Below are positions 29,369 to 39,344 of a stretch of 64,000 nucleotides of DNA, piece after piece. Where the stretch lies: NCBI GenBank assembly GCA_965222075.1, contig OZ244937.1, positions 4,608,001-4,672,000 of the forward strand. Direction: 5' to 3'. Below the pieces are notes generated by a model that saw only the letters and a list, made by a program, of their open reading frames with translations, had not been told where the DNA came from and did not search any database. The first letter of the stretch is position 1; every line of letters begins with the position of its first letter. Made by a program: the position numbers and the translations under genes. This DNA comes from Candidatus Latescibacterota bacterium (lineage in GTDB: Bacteria; Latescibacterota; UBA2968; GCA-2709665).

Positions 29369-30517
29369 TTGGCTGCTAAACGATGGGAGACACACAACCC
29401 TTCCGGAAAAAGACGTGTGGTCGTTACAAAAGTCCTGCCCGGGGACCGCTGGCTGAAGATTCTGACCAAGGCGGGCTGCAGGGTTGAAATTTGTACGTCC
29501 ACGGATATCTTAAATATTGGCGAGATTAAAGCGGCTATCGGGAAACAGTGCGACGGGGTGGTGGGGCAGCTGACGGAGAACTGGGGCAAGACGCTCTTTT
29601 CGGCGCTGAAGGCCGCAGGCGGCACCGCGTACAGCAACTATGCGGTCGGTTTCAACAATGTGGATGTTGGCACCGCCACCGAGCTTGGGATCCCCGTGGG
29701 GAATACGCCGGGGGTGCTGACGGATACCACAGCGGAGATGGCGGTCTCGCTCACGGTCTCGGCCGCACGGCGCGTGGTGGAGGCGGATGCGTTTATGCGC
29801 GGGGGCAAGTACAAAGGCTGGTTGCCCACCCTGTTCCTCGGGGAGTTGATGAGACGGAAGACGGTTGGGGTTATCGGCGCGGGACGAATCGGTTACGCCT
29901 ACGGCAGGATGATGGTCGAAGGGTTCAAGATGAACCTGATTTACTATGATATCTTCCAGAACAAGGCACTTGAAAAGTTTATTCGAGAATATGGTGAATT
30001 TTTGAAGTCTCAGGGTGAAGATCCGGTGAGCTGCACTCGGGCCGAAACCCCGGAAGAGGTGCTCCAGAGGGCGGATGTGGTGAGCCTGCACCCCGTGCTG
30101 GATGAGAAAACGCACCACCTGATTAACACCAAACGCCTTCGGTTGATGAAGAAGAATGCGATTCTGGTGAATGCGAGCCGGGGGCCGGTGATCGATGAGA
30201 AGGCCTTGGTTGCCCACTGTGAGAAGAACCCGGACTTCAAGGTGGGGCTGGACGTGTTCGAGGATGAGCCCAAGATGAAGCCGGGGCTGAATAAGCTGAA
30301 TAACGTGGTGATTGTGCCTCACATCGCTTCGGCGACCGACTGGACGCGGGAGGGGATGGCGATCCTGGCCGCCAGCAATGTGGCCGGGATTTTGAGGGGC
30401 TATCCAATTTGGCCGGATCCCAACAGTGTGCTTCCGTTCTTAGAGAGAAATCCGCCCAAAGCGGCCCCGAGCATCGTGAATGCCAAGGAGTTGAAGCTGG
30501 AGACGCTCGAGGCATAG
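29369..30517 (+). CDS. Hydroxypyruvate reductase / D-glycerate dehydrogenase, plant HPR1-like
   Basis: CDGVVGQLTENWG, SNYAVGFNNVD, GNTPGVLT, GAGRIG, MMVEGFKMNLIYYD, SLHPVLD and PHIASA; TTG start after AGGAGG. Confidence 0.9.
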   Translation: MAAKRWETHNPSGKRRVVVTKVLPGDRWLKILTKAGCRVEICTSTDILNIGEIKAAIGKQCDGVVGQLTENWGKTLFSALKAAGGTAYSNYAVGFNNVDVGTATELGIPVGNTPGVLTDTTAEMAVSLTVSAARRVVEADAFMRGGKYKGWLPTLFLGELMRRKTVGVIGAGRIGYAYGRMMVEGFKMNLIYYDIFQNKALEKFIREYGEFLKSQGEDPVSCTRAETPEEVLQRADVVSLHPVLDEKTHHLINTKRLRLMKKNAILVNASRGPVIDEKALVAHCEKNPDFKVGLDVFEDEPKMKPGLNKLNNVVIVPHIASATDWTREGMAILAASNVAGILRGYPIWPDPNSVLPFLERNPPKAAPSIVNAKELKLETLEA

Positions 30518-30544
30518 GTTTCCGACTGTGGTAGAAGAGATCAA

Positions 30545-30584
30545 GGCGGGCGGGCTGCTTCTGGCGGTCGGCCCGTCTCTTTTT
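30545..30584 (+). terminator. Putative intrinsic terminator
   Basis: GC-rich stem GCGGGCGGGCTGC / GCGGTCGGCCCGT followed by CTCTTTTT. Confidence 0.55.
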
Positions 30585-30604
30585 GTCAGTGTGCATGGGA
30601 CTGT

Positions 30605-31600
30605 ATGCTTGAGGGGTTGAAGGTGGTTGAGTCTGTGCTAAATCGCGTCCTTTCGGTTGCGCCGATGATGGACTGGACGGATCGTCACGAGCGTTATTTC
30701 CTACGGTTGTTTTCCCGGCATATCCTCCTGTACACAGAGATGATCACGACCGGCGCCATTTTACACGGGGACCGGGAGCGGCTGCTGGGGTACGATGCCC
30801 GGGAACACCCTCTGGCGCTGCAGGTTGGGGGGAGCGATCCCGAAGCCTTAGCCGAGTGTGCGAGAATCGGCCAGGATTACGGGTACGATGAGGTGAATTT
30901 AAACTTAGGCTGCCCCAGCGACCGCGTGCAGACGGGGCGCTTCGGGGCCTGTTTGATGGCCGAACCCGACTTAGTTGCCCGCTGTGTTGACGCGATGCGC
31001 CGGGCCGTTGAGGTTCCAGTTACGGTGAAGACGCGTATTGGTATTGACGACCGGGACTCTTATGGCGAACTCACGCATTTTGTGCAGACGGTTGCAAGTG
31101 CGGGGTGCGAGGTTTTTGTTGTGCATGCGCGAAAGGCGTGGCTGAAGGGGCTGAGCCCCAAAGAGAACCGGGAGGTTCCGCCGCTTCGATACGATATGGT
31201 CTATCGGCTCAAGCAGGATTTTCCGGATCTGGAGATTGTGGTCAACGGGGGGATCCAGACGCAGGATCAGATCCGGGAGCACCTCGATGTGGTGGACGGG
31301 GTGATGATCGGGCGTGCGGCCTATCAGAATCCCTACTTTCTGGCTTCGATGGATCAGGCGTTTTACGGGGAGAAGCGCCCCATCCCAATGCAGCACGAGA
31401 TTCTGGAGCGGTTCATTTCCTACGTTGAGACGCAGCTGGAACAGGGTGTGAGGCTCGGCCAGATGACGCGCCATATTCTGGGATTGTTCCAGGGCGTGCC
31501 CGGCGCAAGGGCATGGCGGCGCCACCTGAGCGAACAGGTCCACAGGGCGGGCGCCGGCGTCGAGGTGATCCAGAAGGCGGCGCAGCAGGTGGATGCGTAA
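30605..31600 (+). CDS. dusA: tRNA-dihydrouridine(20/20a) synthase
   Basis: SVAPMMDWTDRH, NLNLGCPSDRVQ, HARKAWLKGLSPKENREVPPLRY and GVMIGRAAY. Confidence 0.96.
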   Translation: MLEGLKVVESVLNRVLSVAPMMDWTDRHERYFLRLFSRHILLYTEMITTGAILHGDRERLLGYDAREHPLALQVGGSDPEALAECARIGQDYGYDEVNLNLGCPSDRVQTGRFGACLMAEPDLVARCVDAMRRAVEVPVTVKTRIGIDDRDSYGELTHFVQTVASAGCEVFVVHARKAWLKGLSPKENREVPPLRYDMVYRLKQDFPDLEIVVNGGIQTQDQIREHLDVVDGVMIGRAAYQNPYFLASMDQAFYGEKRPIPMQHEILERFISYVETQLEQGVRLGQMTRHILGLFQGVPGARAWRRHLSEQVHRAGAGVEVIQKAAQQVDA

Positions 31601-31605
31601 CCGGG

Positions 31606-32385
31606 TTATGCGAGTTTCTCACACGCGGCGACCAGGTCGGATGAGGATACGGTATAGCCGATATTGAGCTCCGTGTCGATCACGGCGGCCCGGGAAAGCA
31701 GGAGGTCTTCGGCGGTGTCCGCGACTTCGATTGCCGAGGTGCAGTCCCGGATGAGGATGATCCCGTAGCCCCGGTTATTCATAGCCCGCGTGCCGTAGTC
31801 CCGGAAGGGGACGCACATGTTGGCGGCAAAACCGACGTAGAAGAGGTGGAGGATCTTCCGGTGGCTCAGCAGCCGGTGGAGCTGGTCTCCGTTGACGATC
31901 ACAAAGTCGCCGTCCTGGGGTTCGACCTCGGGGATGATGCGGCGGTTTTCGATGATGTCCTCAAAGACCTGATCTTTGGGCTCTTTCGGACGCGTCCACT
32001 TTTCGTATTCTCCCGATTTCGAGCGAAACTCGGCGGGGGGCCAGTCGTCCTGGCCCTTCGCAGGGGCGCCTTTCACTTCGTTGTCTCCGGCGAATTGAGT
32101 CCACCGGGGATACTTTTTGGCGCAGGCAGGACTGGGCGCGTGGATGACGGTAGCGCCAATTTTTCGGAAGGATTCGAGTACGGGTCTGATGCATTCCAGG
32201 GTAATATCCCGGCCCCGCTGAAGGTGAGAGGTGACATAGTGGTCGCTCCAGACGTCCACCATGACCAGGGCGATTTCACCGATTGGAAGGGTCCAGTGGA
32301 GGGTGTTGTGCTGAAAGTCGGTTTCAGTGACTCTGGATATGCGGAGCTGATGATAATATCTGACGTCGAGTTTTAGGGCTTTCAT
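31606..32385 (-). CDS. Isochorismatase-like cysteine hydrolase
   Basis: LVMVDVW (Asp), IHAPS, GFAANMCV (Cys nucleophile) and IRDCT; AAGGA before ATG 32385. Confidence 0.75.
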   Translation of the reverse strand: MKALKLDVRYYHQLRISRVTETDFQHNTLHWTLPIGEIALVMVDVWSDHYVTSHLQRGRDITLECIRPVLESFRKIGATVIHAPSPACAKKYPRWTQFAGDNEVKGAPAKGQDDWPPAEFRSKSGEYEKWTRPKEPKDQVFEDIIENRRIIPEVEPQDGDFVIVNGDQLHRLLSHRKILHLFYVGFAANMCVPFRDYGTRAMNNRGYGIILIRDCTSAIEVADTAEDLLLSRAAVIDTELNIGYTVSSSDLVAACEKLA

Positions 32386-32436
32386 GGCGAGGTCCTTTCT
32401 GAGTGTGGAGCTGAATTGTCTTGAGGTGTGGTGGAT

Positions 32437-32465
32437 AATATGATAGACAGGGCTGGGGGTGTCAA
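32437..32465 (-). promoter_or_regulatory. Putative promoter of the cysteine hydrolase gene
   Basis: Minus strand TTGACA, 17 bp, CATATT (overlapping TATTAT). Confidence 0.45.
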
Positions 32466-32554
32466 GGGGTTTGGTTTTGGGAGGGAATGTGTTGAACTGT
32501 TTTCCGGCGTAGAAATTCGGCCGGGAGAGGCGTTGTTCTGAAAGGAGGATCTGG

Positions 32555-33925
32555 ATGAAACGGGAACATATCTGGGCGCACCACGAGTGGGACGCTACGA
32601 CGAATTGGAAGCTCAAGGAGGGGGGATACGCCAGCCTGTCGAGCGTTAAGCAGGGGGAAGAGATTGCCTTCCACATTTCGAATTCGCGGTCCTATTACGA
32701 GATTTTTATCTTTCGTGAGGGGGCGGAACGGGAACTGGTGAAGACGATTACCGGGCTTAAGGGGGCGCTTCAGGATGTACCCGAACTGGGATACCAGGAT
32801 GGGTTTGGGTGGGCGCCGGTGGCTTCGTTCAGGGTTCCGGAGGACTGGAAGAGCGGGGTGTATATTGCGACCTTTTCGACTGCCCAGGGATTGCGGGAGA
32901 TCCTATTTGTGGTGCGGCCTAAATCCCCCTGTGCCCCCCTTCTGCTGACGGTTGCCACAAATACGTATCAGGCTTATAATAACGTGGGGGGGAAGTGTTT
33001 TTACGATTATATTTCCACGGACAGGCAGCACGCGAAGCTGGTGAGTTTCGACCGCCCCCTCCAGGCCGACTGCCTGGGCAATTTCTACATCTGGGACCAG
33101 TTTTTTACGTCGTGGATCGACGCTGAAGGCTACAGCGTAGATTATTGCGTAAACGGGGACCACGATGCGGAGCCGGATATTCTGACCCATTACAAAGCGA
33201 ACGTTCGATTTGCACACGACGAATACAACAGCCGGAACGAATGCCTCCAGCTGCAGGAATTTGTGCGGGACGGCGGCAACCTGATTCTGTTCGGAGGGAA
33301 CTGCTTCTGCCAGGAGATCGAGCTGCGCAACAACCAGCGGCAGATCTTTTGTGCCAAGCCTTATTATCACGATCGGCCGACGCCCGAGCGCCCGGAGACA
33401 TCGTTTTTGAATTTTATTGACGACCTGAGACAACGTACCATCGGGGTCTTTTATACGTCGTTCGTTCATACCAAAACAGACGATCCCAACGTGTTTCTTG
33501 CGCCTACGACCGAAGACTGGGGATACTACCGGGTTTGCGATCCGGACCACTGGGTCTTTGAGGAGACAGGCTTGAGAGCGGGAGATGCGTTCGGGCGAGA
33601 GGACTCCATTGTGGGCGTGGAGGCGGATGCGGCGGATCTGGTTCATGTTGATGGCCGCCCCCAATATACGGGTAAGGACGGGGTGTCTCGGGAATACAGG
33701 ATTCTGGCGATTGCCGATTGTCTGGTGCCCGATTCCTCACACCTGACGAGAGAAGGGAATGAGAGTGGGATCGGCAGGTGTTATGGGACGGTTGCGATTA
33801 ACGAGACCGAGTTCAAGGGGACCGTGTTTAATGCCGCGACCATTGAGTGGGGGCACGGCCTGTACCGGGACGATAGCGCCGTGGCGCGGATTACCCGGAA
33901 TGTGCTGAACCGGCTGGGGCGCTGA
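32555..33925 (+). CDS. N,N-dimethylformamidase beta-subunit-like domain protein
   Basis: WKSGVY, TNTYQAYNNVGG, VSFDRP, HDEY, GGNL..FGGN, G.E.D, VFNAATI.W and ITRNVL. Confidence 0.75.
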   Translation: MKREHIWAHHEWDATTNWKLKEGGYASLSSVKQGEEIAFHISNSRSYYEIFIFREGAERELVKTITGLKGALQDVPELGYQDGFGWAPVASFRVPEDWKSGVYIATFSTAQGLREILFVVRPKSPCAPLLLTVATNTYQAYNNVGGKCFYDYISTDRQHAKLVSFDRPLQADCLGNFYIWDQFFTSWIDAEGYSVDYCVNGDHDAEPDILTHYKANVRFAHDEYNSRNECLQLQEFVRDGGNLILFGGNCFCQEIELRNNQRQIFCAKPYYHDRPTPERPETSFLNFIDDLRQRTIGVFYTSFVHTKTDDPNVFLAPTTEDWGYYRVCDPDHWVFEETGLRAGDAFGREDSIVGVEADAADLVHVDGRPQYTGKDGVSREYRILAIADCLVPDSSHLTREGNESGIGRCYGTVAINETEFKGTVFNAATIEWGHGLYRDDSAVARITRNVLNRLGR

Positions 33926-33954
33926 GCGGGAAGCGGCAGAAACAGGAGCAGGCT

Positions 33955-35787
33955 ATGCCTGTACGGGATGTCCACATTCAACTGGATCTGAAGGTTCCTA
34001 TGCGCGATGGGGTCAGACTCTATGCCGCGATGTATCGACCGGCGAAGGGCGAGAGATTCCCCGTGCTGCTGATCCGGTCGCCCTACAGCACACAGCACCC
34101 CCGGTATGTGGACTGGGCCGTGCGGTTTGCGCAAAACGGCTATGCGGTGGTGATGCAGGACAGCCGGGGGCGCTACGAGTCGGAAGGGAAGTTCCGGCCC
34201 TATATCGACGAGACCGACGACGGCTTCGATACGCATCAGTGGATCGGGGCACAGACCTGGTGCGACGGCAATATCGGGACGTTTGGGGTTTCCTATCCCG
34301 GGTTTACGCAGATTTTACCTGCGCCTCTGCGCAGTCCCTATGTCAAGGCGCTGGTGCCGATTGCGAATCAGGAAGACAATTACGGCCACCTGCGTTACAA
34401 CGGGGTGCTGCAGCTTCAGAACGCGATGAATTGGATCTGGCTGGGAGACCGGACGAACCAGAATGCGCCCAGAGATCTGATTAACTATGAGGAGGTTTAC
34501 CGCAGACTGCCGCTGATTTCCGCGATGGACGATATCGCGGACCGGCCGTTTTACCGGGAGGTTATCCGGCATCATGCGTTTGACACGTTCTGGTCGTCCT
34601 ACAGGCTGATTTCCGCGATGGACGATATCGCGGACCGGCCGTTTTACCGGGAGGTTATCCGGCATCATGCGTTTGACACGTTCTGGTCGTCCTACAGTAT
34701 GAAAGGGAAGTACGGCGAGGTTGGGACGCCCGCCTATTTTATCACGGGATGGTACGACAACCTGCTGCACGAGGGATTCAAATGTTTTACCGGCTGGAAG
34801 ATGCAGGCGAGGGCGCCGGAGGTCAGGTCGCGGTCCCGGCTGATGGTGGGGCCCTGGACGCACTCGGGCATCGGTAGCGCCGAGCCGTTTGGAGATGTCG
34901 ATTTCGGATCGGACGCGGCAGTGGATATGCCGGACGAGCACCTGCGCTGGTACGACCGGCGACTGAGGGGGATCGATTCGGGGATCGACGATGAACCCCC
35001 GGTCAGGATTTTTGTGATGGGGGAGAATGTCTGGCGCTGGGAACACGAGTGGCCATTGGCGCGGACGGAATATACGAGATTCTACCTTCACAGCGGCGGG
35101 CGGGCCAACGCGTTGTTCGGGGACGGCGGGCTGAGCACCGAAGCTCCCGGAGACGAGCCGACCGATTCGTTCACCTACAATCCGGAAGACCCGGTACCCA
35201 CTCTGGGCGGGCAGAGTATGTTTATTGCGAATACCGGTCCGAAAGACCGCAGGCCTGTGGAGCGGCGGGACGATGTGCTGGTGTATTCCACACCTCCGCT
35301 CGTCGAGGATCTGGAGGTTACCGGGCCTGTAGAATTGACGCTTTATGCCGCGTCCAGCGCGCCGGATACCGACTTTACGGCAACGCTTGTTGACGTGCAT
35401 CCGGGAGGCGGGGCGGTTCACCTCTGTGAGGGGATTGTGAGGGCCCGGTTCAGGGAGTCTTACGAGGCGCCCACGCTGATCGAGCCGGGCGTGTTTTACG
35501 AGTACCGGATCAGTCTGTGGGAGACGAGCAACCTTTTCAAGGCGGGGCACCGCATCCGTGTGGAGGTGTCCAGCAGCAACTTTCCACGGTTTGACCGGAA
35601 TCTGAACACCGGTCACGTTCCGGGGCTGGACGACGATATGCAGGTGGCCCAGCAGACGATTTACCACAACGCAGCCTGTCCGTCGCATCTTACGCTGCCG
35701 GTAATTCCGAATGGGATACGCCGTCAGACAATCCGACCCGGTGGAGCGACAAAACGGGTCTGGCAGGCGTTCAGGTCTACAGATTGA
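33955..35787 (+). CDS. CocE/NonD family serine hydrolase
   Basis: MRDGVRL, RSPY, QDSRGRYESEG, GVSYPG nucleophile, GWYD, GPWTH and SSSNFPRFDRN. Confidence 0.92.
   Translation: MPVRDVHIQLDLKVPMRDGVRLYAAMYRPAKGERFPVLLIRSPYSTQHPRYVDWAVRFAQNGYAVVMQDSRGRYESEGKFRPYIDETDDGFDTHQWIGAQTWCDGNIGTFGVSYPGFTQILPAPLRSPYVKALVPIANQEDNYGHLRYNGVLQLQNAMNWIWLGDRTNQNAPRDLINYEEVYRRLPLISAMDDIADRPFYREVIRHHAFDTFWSSYRLISAMDDIADRPFYREVIRHHAFDTFWSSYSMKGKYGEVGTPAYFITGWYDNLLHEGFKCFTGWKMQARAPEVRSRSRLMVGPWTHSGIGSAEPFGDVDFGSDAAVDMPDEHLRWYDRRLRGIDSGIDDEPPVRIFVMGENVWRWEHEWPLARTEYTRFYLHSGGRANALFGDGGLSTEAPGDEPTDSFTYNPEDPVPTLGGQSMFIANTGPKDRRPVERRDDVLVYSTPPLVEDLEVTGPVELTLYAASSAPDTDFTATLVDVHPGGGAVHLCEGIVRARFRESYEAPTLIEPGVFYEYRISLWETSNLFKAGHRIRVEVSSSNFPRFDRNLNTGHVPGLDDDMQVAQQTIYHNAACPSHLTLPVIPNGIRRQTIRPGGATKRVWQAFRSTD
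34512..34697 (+). repeat. Exact 93-bp in-frame tandem duplication inside the CocE/NonD gene
   Basis: 34512-34604 equals 34605-34697; encodes LISAMDDIADRPFYREVIRHHAFDTFWSSY twice. Confidence 0.97.
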
Positions 35788-35789
35788 AG

Positions 35790-37901
35790 ATGACTGCCAA
35801 TCAGGATACCATTAGAATCGGGGCCGATGTCGGAGGTACGTTTACCGACGTCATCCTGATGGATGAGAAGGGAAAGATCCGGACCCACAAGGTGCCTTCC
35901 ACGCCCCCGAATTTTGAGCGGGCGGTGTTAGACGCGATTGCGTACTTGCTTCCCGCTTCAGGGGCTTCGGGGGCGTCTGTGAGCGACGTGGCGCACGGGA
36001 CCACGGTAGCAACCAATGCTATTTTAGAACACCGGGGCGCGAAGACGGCTTTGATTACGACCAGAGGGTTCCGGGATGTTCTTGAGCTCCGGCGCATTCG
36101 CGCTCCGCAGATGTACGATCTGTTTTTTGACAAGCCCGAGACGCTGGTCGAGCGCTACCTGCGCTTTGAAGTGACGGAACGGATTTCCGCTACCGGCGAG
36201 GTGCTCGTTCCCTTATCGGAGTCCGAGCTGCAGGCGATCAAGGCGGTGCTGGAGAAAGAGGATGTCGAGTCGGTCGCAGTATGCACGCTCCACGCGTACG
36301 CTTTTCCCCGGCATGAGATCGCCGTGGGCGATTTCTTGAGACGACACCTGCCGCAGGTTCCGGTTTCGCTTTCGTCCGAAGTGCTTCCGGAACGCAGGGA
36401 GTATGAACGTACGGCAACGACGGTGGTCAACGCTTATGTCCGTCCCGTGATGCAGCATTACCTAAAAGCGATGCGCGGGGGGCTGCGGGCGATGGGGATT
36501 GAGGCTCCGCTGCTGATGATGCAGTCGGCAGGCGGGCTGACGCCGGAGGAAGACGCCGCGCGGCGGCCGGTTTACGTGCTGGAGTCGGGCCCGGCGGCCG
36601 GGGTGCTGGCGGCCGGTTTTACGGCGCAGCGGATCGGCTTCCAGAATCTGATTACGCTGGATATGGGAGGGACCACTGCCAAGGCGTCTATGATAGAAGG
36701 GGGGCGCATCGCGTACAGCTCGGAGTATGAAGTGGGGGCTTCGGTGTCCGCCGGGAACCGGCTGGTGGGCGGGGGCGGAGAGTTGATACGCGCTCCGAGC
36801 ATCGACATCGCCGAGGTCGGGGCCGGTGGGGGCAGCATCGCGTACTTAGACCGGGCGGGAGGGTTGCGCGTTGGGCCGCGCAGTGCGGGCGCGGTTCCGG
36901 GGCCGGTTTGCTACCGGCTTGGAGGCACCGAACCTACGGTGACGGACGCCAATGCTGTGCTGGGCTACATTCATCCCGGAAAGCTGGCCGATGGGGAGGT
37001 GAGCGTGGATCTTGAGGCGGCGCGGCGTGCGGTATACGACCAGATTGCCGCCCCGCTTGGGATGGATCTGCTCCAGGCGGCGGAGGGCATCCACCGGATT
37101 GCGAATGCCCGCACAATGCGGGCGCTGCGGGCGGTGTCCACGGTGAGGGGGCGGGACCCCCGTGAATTTTCTCTGATGGCCTTCGGAGGATCCGGTCCGA
37201 TCCATGCGGCCGGGCTGGCCCGGGAGCTTTTCACGCCCCGGATTATCGTGCCGTCGCTGCCCGGGTTGTTCAGCGCGCTGGGGCTGCTTTTTTCGGACAT
37301 TGAGCATCACGAGGTCCGCAGCTGTCTGCTGTCCGGGGAGGCGCTTAGGGCTGAGGCTTTGCAGAAGTACCGCGGGGAGATGCAACAAAAGGCGCTTGCC
37401 CAGTTCGAGGCCGAGGGCTATACAGCCGACCGGGTGACGCTGAGTTGTAGCGCCGACATGCGTTTCAAGGGGCAGGCTTCGGAGATACGGATGGCGCTGG
37501 AAGGGGAGACGGTGACCGAAGATACCGTGCGCACGCTGTGCGTTGCGTTTGAAGAAGAGCACGAGCAGCTTTACGGCCACCGGTCCGATCCGGACATCCC
37601 CGTTGAGGTGGTTGCGGTGCGGCTGGTGGGCCGGGCAGGGGTGCGGGGGCAGGAGGGGGGCGGGGTCAGGCCGACAGAACGGTCTGGAGAGAGGCAGACG
37701 AGTCGGCAGGCCTATTTCGGCAGCTCATGGGGTAGGATTGATACACCGGTTATCGCGCGTGGTGTGCTTGCTGAGCGGATGGACGGTCCATGCTTGATTG
37801 ATGAATATGATTCTACGATTGTGGTTCCACCTGATATGCGTGTTTGGCTGGATGACCGGGGGAATATTGTGATGGCGTCTAAGAAGGAGTTAAATCGATG
37901 A
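35790..37901 (+). CDS. Hydantoinase/oxoprolinase subunit A (ATP-dependent, HyuA-like)
   Basis: DVGGTFTD, HGTTVATNA, SGPAAG, DMGGTT, GAGGGSI and PTVTDAN. Confidence 0.93.
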   Translation: MTANQDTIRIGADVGGTFTDVILMDEKGKIRTHKVPSTPPNFERAVLDAIAYLLPASGASGASVSDVAHGTTVATNAILEHRGAKTALITTRGFRDVLELRRIRAPQMYDLFFDKPETLVERYLRFEVTERISATGEVLVPLSESELQAIKAVLEKEDVESVAVCTLHAYAFPRHEIAVGDFLRRHLPQVPVSLSSEVLPERREYERTATTVVNAYVRPVMQHYLKAMRGGLRAMGIEAPLLMMQSAGGLTPEEDAARRPVYVLESGPAAGVLAAGFTAQRIGFQNLITLDMGGTTAKASMIEGGRIAYSSEYEVGASVSAGNRLVGGGGELIRAPSIDIAEVGAGGGSIAYLDRAGGLRVGPRSAGAVPGPVCYRLGGTEPTVTDANAVLGYIHPGKLADGEVSVDLEAARRAVYDQIAAPLGMDLLQAAEGIHRIANARTMRALRAVSTVRGRDPREFSLMAFGGSGPIHAAGLARELFTPRIIVPSLPGLFSALGLLFSDIEHHEVRSCLLSGEALRAEALQKYRGEMQQKALAQFEAEGYTADRVTLSCSADMRFKGQASEIRMALEGETVTEDTVRTLCVAFEEEHEQLYGHRSDPDIPVEVVAVRLVGRAGVRGQEGGGVRPTERSGERQTSRQAYFGSSWGRIDTPVIARGVLAERMDGPCLIDEYDSTIVVPPDMRVWLDDRGNIVMASKKELNR

Positions 37902-39338
37902 GAGATCGAAAGTTGGAGTCCTATTCCAGGGATTGGAGGAAGCGGGAAGAGGTCGCCGAGTTGATGGTCCCTCTTATCGGAAAACTCTATCGGGATCAAG
38001 GTGTGGTGACAACGATTTACGACCATTCCCTGGTTCGCAAGTCCACGATCGAGATTCTCAAGGCCCACCGCTTCACGCGGCATGTTCTCAAGGAGGAGCT
38101 CTCCGTTTCTGCAAGCTTACCGGTTCTTCAAGCTTTAAGCAGGCTCGACCCGGGGCCGGCCCGTATTGATGTGGGAAAGCTGGCCGCCGGGTATGAGCAA
38201 AAGAAAGCAGAGGTGGATGTCGACGTTTTCCTCAGACAGGCGCTGTCTAAAACCAACATGGAGAGAAAGGCCCTGCTGGATTGGCCCCAGGATGTGGTGC
38301 TCTACGGTTTTGGCCGGGTCGGGCGAATGTTGGCGCGGATTCTGATCCAGAGGAGCGGCGGCGACAAGTGGCGTCTGCGGGCGGTTGTCACGCGTAAAAG
38401 ACGAGGGGACGACTTGATGAAACGGGCCAGTCTCCTTCGACGCGACTCGGTGCACGGCCGCTTCAACGGGGCGATTGTGATGGACCGGGAGGAGAATGCC
38501 CTTGTCGCGAACGGGAATATGATCCGTATTCTTTACGCCGATGCTCCAGAGGATGTGAATTACTGCGCATACGGGATTCAGGATGCGGTTGTTGTGGACA
38601 ATGCCGGGATCTGGGCGGGACCGTGAGGGGCTTGGACGTCACCTGAAAGCCGGGGGCGTTTCCAAGGTCATCCTGACGGCGCCCGGAGAGGGAGATGTTC
38701 CCAATATTGTTTACGGTGTGAACAACGATGATATCAGGGAGGAGGAACGAACCCTCTCCGCCGCCAGCTGTACGACCAATGCGATTGTGCCGGTGCTCAA
38801 GGCAATGCACGACCGCTTCCATATTGAACACGGGCATATTGAGACCTGTCATTCCTACACCAACGATCAGAATCTGATTGATAACTATCACAGGAAGAGC
38901 CGGAGGGGCCGGGGCGCTCCGCTGAATATGGTGATTACGGAAACCGCGGCGGCCAACGCGGTGGCCAAGGTTCTGCCCGAACTGGCCGGGAAACTCACGG
39001 CCAATGCGATTCGGGTTCCGACCCCCAATGTGTCCCTGGCGATTCTGAATCTGGCCCTCGGCCGGGAGAGCACCCTTGAGGGTGTGAATACCTACCTGAG
39101 GGATATCTCGCTGAATTCGCCGCTTCAGGACCAGATCGATTATACCAGTTCACACGAGGTCGTTTCCAGCGATTTTATCGGCACCTCGAAGACCGCCATT
39201 GTGGACTCGTTTGCGACTATCGTGCAGGGGAAGCGGTGCGTGCTCTACGTGTGGTATGACAACGAATATGGCTACGCCTGTCAGGTGATTCGAATCGTTC
39301 AGCATATCGCAGGGCTGCAGCTGCCCGCTTTTCCCTGA
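37898..39338 (+). pseudogene. gap: Long-form glyceraldehyde-3-phosphate dehydrogenase, frameshifted near 38613-38615
   Basis: N part has DVVLYGFGRVGR and LLRRDSVHG; C part has AASCTTN, HSYTNDQ and WYDNEYGY. Removing one G from ATCTGGGCGGGAC restores ..GIWRDREGL... Confidence 0.85.
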
Positions 39339-39344
39339 GGGTCT

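Noticed and set aside
38610-38630. Programmed frameshift or selenocysteine read-through in gap
   Set aside because: No slippery heptamer, and the TGA is out of frame with the C-terminal half. A single-base insertion or sequencing error explains it.
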